In this document: in pieces, positions 16,267 through 24,950 of the stretch
Layout of the letters: the number at the start of each line of letters is the position of its first letter
Position numbering within the stretch: position 1 is the first letter of the stretch
IMG/VR virus record: IMGVR_UViG_3300036786_000190
Coordinates: 1 to 44,651 of that record
Origin: a virus
Lineage: Duplodnaviria; Caudoviricetes
Strand: one strand, 5' to 3'
Length of the DNA stretch: 44,651 nucleotides
Position numbers and translations under genes: made by a program
The notes under the pieces: generated by a model
The model's database searches: none
Told to the model about the DNA's origin: nothing
Seen by the model: only the letters and a program-made list of their open reading frames with translations

Positions 16267-16584
16267 CTATTGGCCGAGACGGTAGTTGATCACGCCCGAG
16301 GTGAAGGCGGTGCAATTGAGCCGATACTCGACGCCGTCCTGGCACTCCTCGAAGGTTTCCGAGCACGGGGCGGTCCAGATGCCGACCTGCGTCCCACGGA
16401 ACGTCAGCGGATGCCACGTCGCCCCGCCCTGCGCGGTGAAGCGGCGCTCGAGCTGCACCGTCCCGACGAACGTGCCCGCGAGGCTGACGTTGAACGGCGC
16501 CGAGGCGTCCGGAGAATCGACGGTCTCCGGGCTTATCGTCGCGCTCTGGCCAACAGCCGTGAAAGTGCCGGTGATGTCCGCCAC
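16267..16584 (-). CDS. Hypothetical beta-rich virion protein
   Basis: GTG at 16584 with GAGGGAGG RBS; FNVSLAGTFVGTVQLER...W...YRLNCT. Confidence 0.7.
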   Translation of the reverse strand: MADITGTFTAVGQSATISPETVDSPDASAPFNVSLAGTFVGTVQLERRFTAQGGATWHPLTFRGTQVGIWTAPCSETFEECQDGVEYRLNCTAFTSGVINYRLGQ

Positions 16585-16612
16585 GGTCTTCCCTCCCTCG
16601 CAAATGATGAAT

Positions 16613-16963
16613 TCAGCTGATCGCGCCGCTCTCGCAGAGCAAAAGCGTGGCATCGCGCGGCGCCTTCGGATCGGGCATGGCCGCCTGGATTTCGAGCCGC
16701 TCCTCGGCGCCGCCGGCCCTGATCCACATCAGCCGGTGCTTGGCGGTGACCGTGTCGCGGCAGCTGATCGTCACCCGCCATTGCTGGACGGAGCGGTCGA
16801 TGCCGGCCTTCATCGCTTCGGCGCCCGACAGGCCGACAATCTCGGCGGCGACGGTCGCGACCGGCGTCCAGGTCTCCTCCTGGCCACCCTGGCCGTTGTC
16901 GGTGAGGCTCAGTGCCTCGAGGCGGACCCGTTCGCGTAGGCGGCCGCGGTTGAGACCGTTCAC
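16613..16963 (-). CDS. Head closure / head-tail adaptor (SPP1 gp16-like)
   Basis: GTG 16963 overlaps the upstream stop; GRLRERV.L...DNGQGG...TW..VATV.AEI. Confidence 0.85.
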   Translation of the reverse strand: MNGLNRGRLRERVRLEALSLTDNGQGGQEETWTPVATVAAEIVGLSGAEAMKAGIDRSVQQWRVTISCRDTVTAKHRLMWIRAGGAEERLEIQAAMPDPKAPRDATLLLCESGAIS

Positions 16964-17553
16964 CGGAACGGCCTGATGCGCAGGCCGTCGATCAGCCAGC
17001 GGACCGATTGCGGCAGCTCGGCGGGAACGCCGCGAACGTCCACCACGGCCGCCTCCCGGTTCACATACCAGTTGGCGACCAGCATCCGGATCGCCTGGGC
17101 CACCGCCGACATGTCGTCGTCGCCAAGGCTCGCCACGGTGTAGGCGACGCGCACGGCTTCGGGCCGATCGGCGGCAATCGGCCATGCGTCGAGCGGCGCC
17201 AGACGCGCGGGCATCGACCACAGGTCGAGGATATAGCTTTCGGGGTCGACCGTCTGCGTCGAGCCGTCGCCATCGACATAGGTGACGCTCTGGACCGACT
17301 GCACGACGCCGCCGGCGAGGTAGAGGACCAGCTGCTCGCGCGTCGGCAGCTGGCCGCTGAGATAGGTGGGCCAAAGCGGAAAGCCGGAGAAGACGGCGGT
17401 TCGGGTCTCGCCGATCACGGAGCGGTTGAGATATTTCTCGCAGCCCCGGCGCGCCGCCGTGATCGCGGCGGCGAGAAACGCGTCCTCGTCCGTCTTGTCG
17501 GAATCGATCCGGAGGTAGGCGCGGACATCGTCGAGGGAGACAGGTTCGGCCAT
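16960..17553 (-). CDS. Head-tail connector (HK97 gp6 / SPP1 gp15-like)
   Basis: EPVSLDDVRAYLRID...EDAFL and QAIRMLVANWYVNREA. Confidence 0.9.
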   Translation of the reverse strand: MAEPVSLDDVRAYLRIDSDKTDEDAFLAAAITAARRGCEKYLNRSVIGETRTAVFSGFPLWPTYLSGQLPTREQLVLYLAGGVVQSVQSVTYVDGDGSTQTVDPESYILDLWSMPARLAPLDAWPIAADRPEAVRVAYTVASLGDDDMSAVAQAIRMLVANWYVNREAAVVDVRGVPAELPQSVRWLIDGLRIRPFR

Positions 17554-17586
17554 GGCTCAAGCCTCCCTTGCCGCGTCCTGATGGAA

Positions 17587-17616
17587 GAAGGGCCGACGCG
17601 GCGGCGCCGGCCCTTC
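17587..17616 (-). terminator. Hairpin downstream of the capsid-associated gene
   Basis: GAAGGGCCG...CGGCCCTTC inverted repeat. Confidence 0.45.
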
Positions 17617-17621
17617 CGGTT

Positions 17622-17924
17622 TCACTTCTCGTCCGAAGCGACTTCGTCGTCGGCCACGAACTTGGAGCCCTGCTCCTCCAGCTGGCGGGCCACGGCGTGC
17701 GGGCCGTCCTCGTTCGGATCGTTGAAGTCGATCCTGTTCTGGTTGACCGTCGTGCCCGCGCGCGGGTTGTTGTCGACCGCGGGGTGATCGGGATCGACGT
17801 CGTCCACCACCTGGTTGGGCGCGCCGCTGGGGCTGAAATCCTTGGCCGGCTTCACCTTTGCCGGGCCGGAAGTGTCGATTGCGGCACCGGGAACAACCGC
17901 GGCGCCAGTGTCAGTCTCTGCCAT
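17622..17924 (-). CDS. Acidic hypothetical protein downstream of the capsid gene
   Basis: 100-aa Asp/Pro-rich ORF with strong AGGAGG RBS. Confidence 0.75.
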   Translation of the reverse strand: MAETDTGAAVVPGAAIDTSGPAKVKPAKDFSPSGAPNQVVDDVDPDHPAVDNNPRAGTTVNQNRIDFNDPNEDGPHAVARQLEEQGSKFVADDEVASDEK

Positions 17925-17978
17925 TTCTTCCTCCTTCGCATGGAGAAGAGGCGGCAGCGCCGTCCCTTCTTGATACGA

Positions 17979-18008
17979 AGGAGGCGCCGGATCGCTCCGG
18001 CGCCTCCT
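17979..18008 (-). terminator. 13-bp perfect hairpin after the major capsid gene
   Basis: AGGAGGCGCCGGA-tcgc-TCCGGCGCCTCCT; weak U-tail, so an attenuator or mRNA stabiliser is also possible. Confidence 0.6.
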
Positions 18009-18026
18009 ATCGCGGGCCGTCCAGGT

Positions 18027-19322
18027 TCAGGCGATGACCATCGCCTTCATCGCCTGCGGGTTGTTGACCCCGCCGCCGACGCGCTTGGTGGTGTAGAACT
18101 GGACGTAGGGCTTGTTCGTGTACGGGTCGCGAAGCGTCCGCACGCCCATCCGGTCGACGATCAGATAGGTCCGGCGCATGTCCCCATAGAGCAGCGCCGC
18201 ATTGCCGGTGGCGACCGCCGGCATGTCCGGCAGCTCCACGACCGGAGCCGCCATCAGCGTCGAGGGCTGACCCGCCTGGAAGCTCGGCTGCCAGATGTAA
18301 TTGCCCTGGCCGTTCTTCAGCTTCATGATCGTGCCGAACGAGGCGCGGTTCATGAAGAACTTGGCGTTGGGCTGGAACATCGTCGGCAGCGAGTAGACCA
18401 GGTCGACCACCTTGTCGGTGGTGATCGCGCCGGTCGCGCCGCTGGCGGTGGTGGTGATCGCACCGAACGGATGCGTCGCCGCATTGGCACCGCCGGTGAC
18501 GTAGGTCAGCAGGCCGTTCGGCTTGTTGGTCCCGTCACCGGAGAGGAAGGCGATGCCCTCCTGCCGGGCGAACTCATATTCGATCTCGCTGGTCAGCCAG
18601 GCGCTGATGTCGATCAGGCTGTCGTCGAGCAGATCCTGCGAGGCGGCGGCGTTCGCGTAGATCTCGCCGATCGCCCAGGTGAGCGAGGTCAGGCCGGGCG
18701 TCGTGGTGGCGGGACGCGATGCGGTCTCCCCGACCCAGCCCGAACCGACCGACCGATCATTGTAGACCCGGCTGAAACCGACGGTCGAAATCTGGATGAC
18801 CGCCGCCTCCTGACGAATGGGGGAGACGAGCTTCAGCGCATCGGTGATCGTGCGGTCCCATTCGACCGGCGTGGTGTAGCCGCCGTTCGCCGAGCTGCCC
18901 TCGGAGAGGGCGGCGCGGATGCCGGTCTTCTGGGCCGCCTTGATCTCGGCCTCGCCGGTGCCGTCGCGGAAATAGGTCGCGAACTTCTTCGAATAGTCCG
19001 GGTCCTGGAAGGGCGTCACGTCGCCGCCGCCAAGGCGGGCCGCGGCGAACTGCTTCGCCTGGGCATCGAGCGACGCCTGCAGCTCGGTCACCGTCGTGGC
19101 GAGCGCGTTGAGCTTCTCGACGTCGAGCGGGTCGACCTTGGCCTCGATCGTCTTGAGGCGCTGATCGTTGACGTCGCGCATCTCCTTCACCGCGGCCTGG
19201 ATCTGCTCGATGAGGACCTTGGGGTCGGTGGCGTCCATGCGGACGCGCTGGCCGGCAATGGCACGGGGCGTGACAATGGCGGCACCCGCCGCGAGCAACG
19301 CGGCGTGAGTCATCTTCTTCAT
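18027..19322 (-). CDS. Major capsid protein, HK97 fold
   Basis: Coiled-coil delta domain, GGYT.P.EWDR.I, GDGTNKPNG and RDPYTNKPYVQFYTTKRVGGGV. Confidence 0.97.
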   Translation of the reverse strand: MKKMTHAALLAAGAAIVTPRAIAGQRVRMDATDPKVLIEQIQAAVKEMRDVNDQRLKTIEAKVDPLDVEKLNALATTVTELQASLDAQAKQFAAARLGGGDVTPFQDPDYSKKFATYFRDGTGEAEIKAAQKTGIRAALSEGSSANGGYTTPVEWDRTITDALKLVSPIRQEAAVIQISTVGFSRVYNDRSVGSGWVGETASRPATTTPGLTSLTWAIGEIYANAAASQDLLDDSLIDISAWLTSEIEYEFARQEGIAFLSGDGTNKPNGLLTYVTGGANAATHPFGAITTTASGATGAITTDKVVDLVYSLPTMFQPNAKFFMNRASFGTIMKLKNGQGNYIWQPSFQAGQPSTLMAAPVVELPDMPAVATGNAALLYGDMRRTYLIVDRMGVRTLRDPYTNKPYVQFYTTKRVGGGVNNPQAMKAMVIA

Positions 19323-19334
19323 GATAGTCTCCCG

Positions 19335-20204
19335 TTATTTGAAAGTGGCGAGCAGGCCGGCCAGCGGCACGACCAGTTCAGGGCCACCAGCGCCGGGCGT
19401 GGAGGCGGGCTCAACGGCAGCGCCAGGCGTGCCCTTGATCTTGTTGATGCGCGCGCGCGCTTCGCCGCGGGTCAGGCCCGCCGACACGAGCTGCAGCTCC
19501 ATCGCGCGAATGTCGTTGATGCTCCGGTCCGCCGCCTTGGCGGTCTCGTCGACCTTGACCTGGTCGGCGGGGAGCAGGGCGTCGGCGAAACCGCGCTCGA
19601 CGGCCGTCGACCCGCCCATGTAGGTTTCGGCGTCCATCCATTTGGCGACGTCGGTGGCGGCGGCCCCGGTGCGTGCGGCGTAGACGTCGCACATCGCGGC
19701 GTCGAACGGCTCCAGGAATGCCGCCGTCTCGGCCATGTCGTGGCGATTGCCGATCGCCATCACCCAGCAATTGTGGATCATGATGAAGCTTGCGGCGCCG
19801 ATCTCGATCGTGTCGCCGGCCATGGCGATGATCGAGGCGGCCGAGGCGGCCATGCCCATGATCTTGACAGTGATCGGCTGCGAATGCTCGCGAAGGACGT
19901 TGTAGATGGCGATCCCTTCGAACATGTCGCCGCCGGGCGAGTTGATCTGGACCTCGACCGGTTTGTCGCCGATCGCGCGCAGCTGCGCGGCCACGCCCTT
20001 GGCGGTGATCCCGCCGCCGGACCAGAAATCCTCGCCGATCACGTCGAACATCGTGATGACATTGTCGCCCATGGCGAGCGCGCGGATGCCTGCCGCATCC
20101 TCGCTCCAGCGCTCGAGCACGTTCGGCTTGGTAAGCGCCGCGACATCGCGGTTCGTCGGCACCGGCAGCGCGCCGGGGCGCGCCATCGCGAAGATCCTAC
20201 CCAT
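19335..20204 (-). CDS. Head maturation protease, ClpP-type (S14)
   Basis: INSPGGDMFEGIAIYN, GMAASAASIIAMAGD, MIHN and MDAETYM. Confidence 0.95.
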   Translation of the reverse strand: MGRIFAMARPGALPVPTNRDVAALTKPNVLERWSEDAAGIRALAMGDNVITMFDVIGEDFWSGGGITAKGVAAQLRAIGDKPVEVQINSPGGDMFEGIAIYNVLREHSQPITVKIMGMAASAASIIAMAGDTIEIGAASFIMIHNCWVMAIGNRHDMAETAAFLEPFDAAMCDVYAARTGAAATDVAKWMDAETYMGGSTAVERGFADALLPADQVKVDETAKAADRSINDIRAMELQLVSAGLTRGEARARINKIKGTPGAAVEPASTPGAGGPELVVPLAGLLATFK

Positions 20205-21507
20205 TTGCTTTCCCCTGAGAAGACGGCGTCTCGGCGGCGCCTTCGTCCGCCGCCGCCGACGTCGCGCCGGCCCTTGGCGGCAGCGCGTCGCCGCCCTCGA
20301 TATGGTTCATGTCGAAGCTGCTTCGCGCCTCGTTCGGCGTCATCCATGGCTGCGAGCCGCCGGCGCCGAGCGCCTTGGCGACGAAGGCCGCCTGATCGTT
20401 GGGCGACCCGCGCAGGAGCGCAGCCGCGTTGAACTTGGCGAAATAGAGCGCCTGCTCCGCCATCGTCAGGCAGGAACGCCAGATCGCTTCCTCCCAGGCC
20501 GTGAACCAGGGCTGGAGGCCGTAGGTGACGAAGAACTGGCCGAGCGTCTGGATGCCGCTGCCCCAGCTCGTCTCGTCGAACATCAGGAGCGGCCGCGGAA
20601 CGCCGGTGAAGCGGGAGACCTCCTCCGCCTGGAACTTGCGGGTTTCGAGGTGCTGCGCCTCCTTCGCAGTCGACGGGATGGTCGCCCAGTCCATGTCCTC
20701 TTCGAAGATGAACGGCTTCCCGCTCTGCTCGGCGCCGGCGTAATTCTCCTCGAAGCTGCCGCGCAGGCGGTCGAAGGCCTCGTCGGACAGCGTTCCCTTC
20801 ACCTTGAGCGCGCCAGTGGCGAACGAGCCGTGCCGGAACAGCCGCGCCGCCGCCTTCTCGGCCTGCGCTGCGATGCCGATCGCCTCGGCCGCCATGTCCA
20901 GCAGGGAGAGACCCTTCAGGCCTTCCAGGCTCATCGGCGCCCGGAAGTGAAAAACCTCCTGTGGCGACAGGTCGACCGTGCCGCCACTCTGGCGGGTGTA
21001 GCGGAAGACGAGGTTCCAGGCGTCGTCCAAGCGCGGCTCGACCGCGCCGCGCTTCAGCGGATAGAGGCCGAGGATCGGTCCTCCGCCTGGGCGGCGGACG
21101 ATCATCGCATAGGCGTTGCCGTCCGCGAGCGCGCAATATTGCATGAACGCCTTGAACTCGAAGGGCGTCTGGTAGCTGTTCGGGCGCTTGTGCAGCACCT
21201 GGAACAGGGGATGGTCGCGGGCCTTCTCCGAATCGTCATCGTCGATCCGCCGCATCAGGAACAGAGGCAGCATGCCGATCGCGCCCGTGATCAGGCTCAG
21301 CGAGCGGTAGATCGCGCTGTTGCGGAGCGCCAGACGCTCCGAAATATAGAGGCCCGAGGCGGTCTGGCGCGTGCCGGCGAGAAACACCGCCAGGCGGGGA
21401 TCGCGCAGATCCTCGAAATCCATGCGCTCGAGGCCGAGCGCGCGGATTTTCGGCAGCTCCATGGCCCCGCCCGCCAGGGCGTTGCCGAGCCGGCTGAGGA
21501 AACCCAT
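20197..21507 (-). CDS. Portal protein, HK97 family
   Basis: HPL...L..RPNSYQT.FEF, GNAYA, EVFHFR, G.S and MTPNEAR. Confidence 0.96.
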   Translation of the reverse strand: MGFLSRLGNALAGGAMELPKIRALGLERMDFEDLRDPRLAVFLAGTRQTASGLYISERLALRNSAIYRSLSLITGAIGMLPLFLMRRIDDDDSEKARDHPLFQVLHKRPNSYQTPFEFKAFMQYCALADGNAYAMIVRRPGGGPILGLYPLKRGAVEPRLDDAWNLVFRYTRQSGGTVDLSPQEVFHFRAPMSLEGLKGLSLLDMAAEAIGIAAQAEKAAARLFRHGSFATGALKVKGTLSDEAFDRLRGSFEENYAGAEQSGKPFIFEEDMDWATIPSTAKEAQHLETRKFQAEEVSRFTGVPRPLLMFDETSWGSGIQTLGQFFVTYGLQPWFTAWEEAIWRSCLTMAEQALYFAKFNAAALLRGSPNDQAAFVAKALGAGGSQPWMTPNEARSSFDMNHIEGGDALPPRAGATSAAADEGAAETPSSQGKANG

Positions 21508-21518
21508 TCCCGATCCTC

Positions 21519-23237
21519 CTACAGCCTGCGGAGGCCGCGCTTTTCATAGATCGACTCGCGGACCCCTTCCGGGTTCGCCTCGAGCAGCTTGGTGGCGTTG
21601 AAGCCCGCCACCAGCGGGTCGATCTTCGCCTTGCCCGCCGCCTCTTTCGTGATCAGCACGGCGTCGCCGCGCTGCTCCGCCTTCGCGTTGCCGACGCACC
21701 ACGCCATCAACCGGCTGCCGGAATGGGCCATGGCCCCGTCCTTCAGCTTCCATTCCATCGACCAGACGGCGGAAGAGAGCTTCGTTCCCTGCGGCACCGC
21801 GACGACGCGAGGATGTTCGATGCCGATCCCCGCGAGCGCGTCGACGACCGCGCCGATGCCGTAGGGATCGAGGCCGACGCCCGCTTTCTCCGGGAGCAAG
21901 CCAGTGGCTTCCACCCTTCCGATCACTTCCGTTACCGCGTCGACGATCTCGCTGCCCGTCTGCGCGATCGTGAGGTCGCCGTCCTGCTCGAAGTCGAGCA
22001 GCCGCGGCGCGATCTCCTTGCGGTGATCGAGCACCTCGCGCAGCGCCCAGGCGTGGAACCAGTAGAGCCAGCGCTTGGTCAGCTTCTCGCGGCCCGCGAT
22101 GCACAGGCCGAACAGATCGTCCAGGCCGCCGCCGTCGATCCCGGCCACGACCACCTCGCAGCGGGCGAGGATGCCGTCCAGCGTCAGCTCCGGCTCGGCC
22201 GCCGTCTCCCACAGATCGGCGCCGCGCCAGCGGGCCGAATGGAGGGCCATGCCGATCTCGACATTGAGGTGCTGCGACGCCCAGCGCCGCACCTCCTCCT
22301 CGCCCTTCTCGCGGGCAGTGGCGAATTCCTCCTCGAGGCGGCCGAGGCTGATCGAGCGGCCGAGATTCGGCAGCACCATCGGCCAGTTCTTCGGGTCCGC
22401 CCACGGCTTGGCCGGATCGGTCTGCATCGCCTCCGGAAATTCGTAGAGGACGGGCAGCATCTTCGCCGCCTTCCCGCGCAGGCGTCCGTCGCGGATGGCG
22501 CGGGCGAGCTGCAGGTCGGCCCGGAAGCAGCCCGCCGGCGGCTCGTCCGATTGCGTCGTGATGATCAGCAGCCAGCTGTCGTCGCGGACGGCGAGGCCGC
22601 CGCGGATCTGGCCCATCACCCGGCTCGCATAGGAGAGCGAGCTCATGACGTGCTGCTCGTCGACGACGACGCCCTTCGGCTTCGCCCCCGTCATCACCTT
22701 CATGTCGAAGGTCTTGATCTTCAGCTCGCTGCCGTTCGTCAGGTCGACGATCGTCTTGATATGGTCCTTCGCGACGAACCTCTTCTGGAGGTAGCGCTCG
22801 TCATCGGCCTCGATCATGCCGGCGGCCTGGTCGAAGGCGAGCGCGGCGATCTCCTGCGTCGGCCCGACGAAGAGGAATTCCTGCCGCGGCGCCCGGTTCT
22901 CGATCAGCCCGGTCAGGGCGAAGCCGGCGCCGCCGGTGGTCTTCGAATTCTTCTTCGGGACCAGCACGAAGGGCTCGCGCACATGGCGGATGCCGGCCTC
23001 GTCGACCGAGCCAAACACGGCGCCGACGATGTCGCGGAACCAGTCGCCGGCGGCCTCGCGCATCGGCGGCTGCCCGATGACGTCCGGGATCCGCAGCTTG
23101 TTGAAGATGCCGATCGCGCGGGCGCGCTCGGCCTCGTTCAGCGGCAGCTCCGGCACCAGCGTGCGGCCGTGGCGGAGGCGCTCCACCCAGTCCGGGCAGG
23201 CGAAGTCCCAGCCCTTTGCGGTGGTGGCGGCGATCAA
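21519..23237 (-). CDS. terL: Terminase large subunit
   Basis: Walker A VPKKNSKTT, Walker B VVVDEQH, ITTQS, nuclease GIDGGGLDDL and KIDP. Confidence 0.96.
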   Translation of the reverse strand: MIAATTAKGWDFACPDWVERLRHGRTLVPELPLNEAERARAIGIFNKLRIPDVIGQPPMREAAGDWFRDIVGAVFGSVDEAGIRHVREPFVLVPKKNSKTTGGAGFALTGLIENRAPRQEFLFVGPTQEIAALAFDQAAGMIEADDERYLQKRFVAKDHIKTIVDLTNGSELKIKTFDMKVMTGAKPKGVVVDEQHVMSSLSYASRVMGQIRGGLAVRDDSWLLIITTQSDEPPAGCFRADLQLARAIRDGRLRGKAAKMLPVLYEFPEAMQTDPAKPWADPKNWPMVLPNLGRSISLGRLEEEFATAREKGEEEVRRWASQHLNVEIGMALHSARWRGADLWETAAEPELTLDGILARCEVVVAGIDGGGLDDLFGLCIAGREKLTKRWLYWFHAWALREVLDHRKEIAPRLLDFEQDGDLTIAQTGSEIVDAVTEVIGRVEATGLLPEKAGVGLDPYGIGAVVDALAGIGIEHPRVVAVPQGTKLSSAVWSMEWKLKDGAMAHSGSRLMAWCVGNAKAEQRGDAVLITKEAAGKAKIDPLVAGFNATKLLEANPEGVRESIYEKRGLRRL

Positions 23238-23701
23238 TTGACCTGCGAACGGTCGACCAGCTCGCCCCAGCTATTGCCCTGCTCGGCCGTCTGCGCGTCG
23301 ACGAGCCGCTGCTCCTTCTTGCCGAGCTTCGGCGCCTTCCCCTTGCGCGGCTGCGCGAGACGGCCCGGCACGAAGGCGTCGTGACGGTCGAGCCGCTTGT
23401 AGAGCTTGTCGATCGCCGAGACGTTGCCCTTGTCGACCTCGCTGAGCAGGGCCGCGAGCAGCTTTCCTTCGAGCCGCTGGCGGGCTTCGAGCCGGGCGCG
23501 CAGCTCGCGAAAATAATGCTTCCGCAAGGTCGGCGGAGTGATCGACAGCGCTGCGGCGATCTGCTCCTCGTTCCGGTCGAAGGCCGCTAACACCATGACT
23601 TTACGGCGATTTTCGTCCGTCGGAATGTGCGGCGGGCGACCACGCTTGCCGAAGCCAGGCGGAACGGGATCGCCTAAAAGGTCAAAATCCCATTCAGCCA
23701 C
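23234..23701 (-). CDS. terS: Probable terminase small subunit (HTH)
   Basis: GTG 23701 with GGAG RBS; RGRP then HTH (EQIAAALSITPPTLRKHY); GKKEQ...W tail; stop overlaps terL start. Confidence 0.75.
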   Translation of the reverse strand: MAEWDFDLLGDPVPPGFGKRGRPPHIPTDENRRKVMVLAAFDRNEEQIAAALSITPPTLRKHYFRELRARLEARQRLEGKLLAALLSEVDKGNVSAIDKLYKRLDRHDAFVPGRLAQPRKGKAPKLGKKEQRLVDAQTAEQGNSWGELVDRSQVN

Positions 23702-23790
23702 AAAAAAAATCTCCAAATGCTAGGAGCGCGGTGATGAGGCGACCGCCCTCCGTAGACTTTTGCCACCCCTACCCCCGCAGCGACCATCCG
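23702..23790. other. Candidate cos (packaging initiation) region
   Basis: Located between HNH and terS; minus strand reads GGGGTAGGGGTGGCAAAAGTC...GAGATTTTTTTT. Cut site cannot be determined. Confidence 0.45.
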
Positions 23791-24092
23791 CGCGCCCGCG
23801 CCCGCCTCGCGGCGGCCGTCTTCGCCTGATGCTCGGAGAAGGTGAGCCACGCCGTGTTCGCGGGATCGAGGTCGGCGCCGCCGTCCTTCCGCTCGCGCAC
23901 ATGGTCGAGGATGACCCGCTCGCCGGGGAGCGCCCTCGCCTTTGCCGCGGCATAGTCCGGATCGCGGCGCCGCCGGGCGACCAGCGCCCGCCACGCCTTG
24001 GATTGATAGAATGGCTCGGCCGACTTCGCCGCAGCCATCAGCTTCGGCTGCAGCGCCGCCACCCGCGGCGTCGCCGCCTTCAGCCTGGACAT
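23769..24092 (-). CDS. HNH endonuclease (terminase-associated, HK97 gp74-like)
   Basis: FYQSKAWR, DH....DGGA..D..N......H..KT; directly upstream of terS. Confidence 0.85.
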   Translation of the reverse strand: MSRLKAATPRVAALQPKLMAAAKSAEPFYQSKAWRALVARRRRDPDYAAAKARALPGERVILDHVRERKDGGADLDPANTAWLTFSEHQAKTAAARRARARGWSLRG

Positions 24093-24149
24093 CGCCAATC
24101 GCCATCGGTTTCAGGATTGAGCGCCGAGCCGAGCGCAACGCGGTTCGAA

Positions 24150-24260
24150 CGATAACGTTTAAATACCGATTTTGGGGTGGGTGGCGAACACCCATTATTT
24201 TCGTTCGACGTCAACACCCACCTTGACAGCCACCCACGCAGATTTCCGCCATTTTTGCGA
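24150..24260 (-). promoter_or_regulatory. Putative late promoter region
   Basis: AT-richer intergenic stretch upstream of HNH/terS with TTGACG (minus strand, 24214-24209) and repeated CACCCA/TGGGTG motifs. Confidence 0.45.
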
Positions 24261-24271
24261 AGGCGTGCCGC

Positions 24272-24748
24272 TCAGCGGCCCCGGTTGAGCGCCGCGGCGA
24301 TGATCGTCAGCGCCCGCGAGTAGCGCATGCGCAGCCCGTCAGGACCGGGCCGACCACGGCCGAGCTGGTCCCACAGCTCCATCCACGGCACCCGCGCTTC
24401 GCCCCGCGCCAGGTAGAGCAAGGCCAGCACCGTCATGCGCCGGTCGCGATCCGGCACATGGACGATCCAATCGGTGGCTTCCTGCATCCGACCGATATCG
24501 CCGCGGCTCGGCGGCAGCGCGCGCGGCTCCTCCGTCACCGCGTCGATCAGCGCGCGCTCCGGGACGAACTGCCGCCAGATCGACGAGATGCGCCCTCTCA
24601 GCCCATAGCGCCCATCGCTGTCCGGCATCCGCCACCACAGCTGCAACGCCTCGACGAGCCGGTCCTCGACCATCTGCCAGCTCATGAAGCTTCCGTCATC
24701 GGAAGCTCGGCCCGCAATCCTTCCGGCATTGGTCTCTTCATATCTCAT
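24272..24748 (-). CDS. Putative late transcription regulator (DUF6362-like)
   Basis: Occupies the lambda Q position; W..VEDRLVEA...W motif; C-terminal helix-turn-helix-like segment. Confidence 0.6.
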   Translation of the reverse strand: MRYEETNAGRIAGRASDDGSFMSWQMVEDRLVEALQLWWRMPDSDGRYGLRGRISSIWRQFVPERALIDAVTEEPRALPPSRGDIGRMQEATDWIVHVPDRDRRMTVLALLYLARGEARVPWMELWDQLGRGRPGPDGLRMRYSRALTIIAAALNRGR

Positions 24749-24759
24749 TGGAACATCTC

Positions 24760-24950
24760 ACTTAATTCTAAAGACTGGAAGGAACGGAAGGATTGGAAGC
24801 ATTTGCGTGAATGTTCTTTCGTGCGCGCCCGCGCATGCTCGCACACGCCGCCAACATGTCGCCGAAGCTTCCAACCCTTCCGAACCCGCAGAAATCCGCG
24901 CTTTCTTCCTTCCGGTGATCGTTCCGCCACCCTTCCAGACGGAAGGATTA
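24760..24950. repeat. GGAAG/CTTCC repeat cluster, candidate replication origin
   Basis: tGGAAGgaa-cGGAAGgat-tGGAAGcat (9-bp period) facing gCTTCCaaccCTTCCg and ccCTTCCagacGGAAGg; AT-rich flank; directly after the primase stop. Confidence 0.55.

Noticed and set aside
17568-20432. 954-aa plus-strand ORF
   Set aside because: Antisense to the capsid and protease genes; no recognisable domain.
11153-23237. Gene transfer agent
   Set aside because: Some tail genes are GTA-like, but integrase, repressor, replication genes and an HNH/terminase module indicate a true temperate phage.
24760-24950. CRISPR array or real CDS (24745..24930, 24758..25093)
   Set aside because: Repeats are 5-9 bp without spacers, and the ORFs simply translate the repeats.
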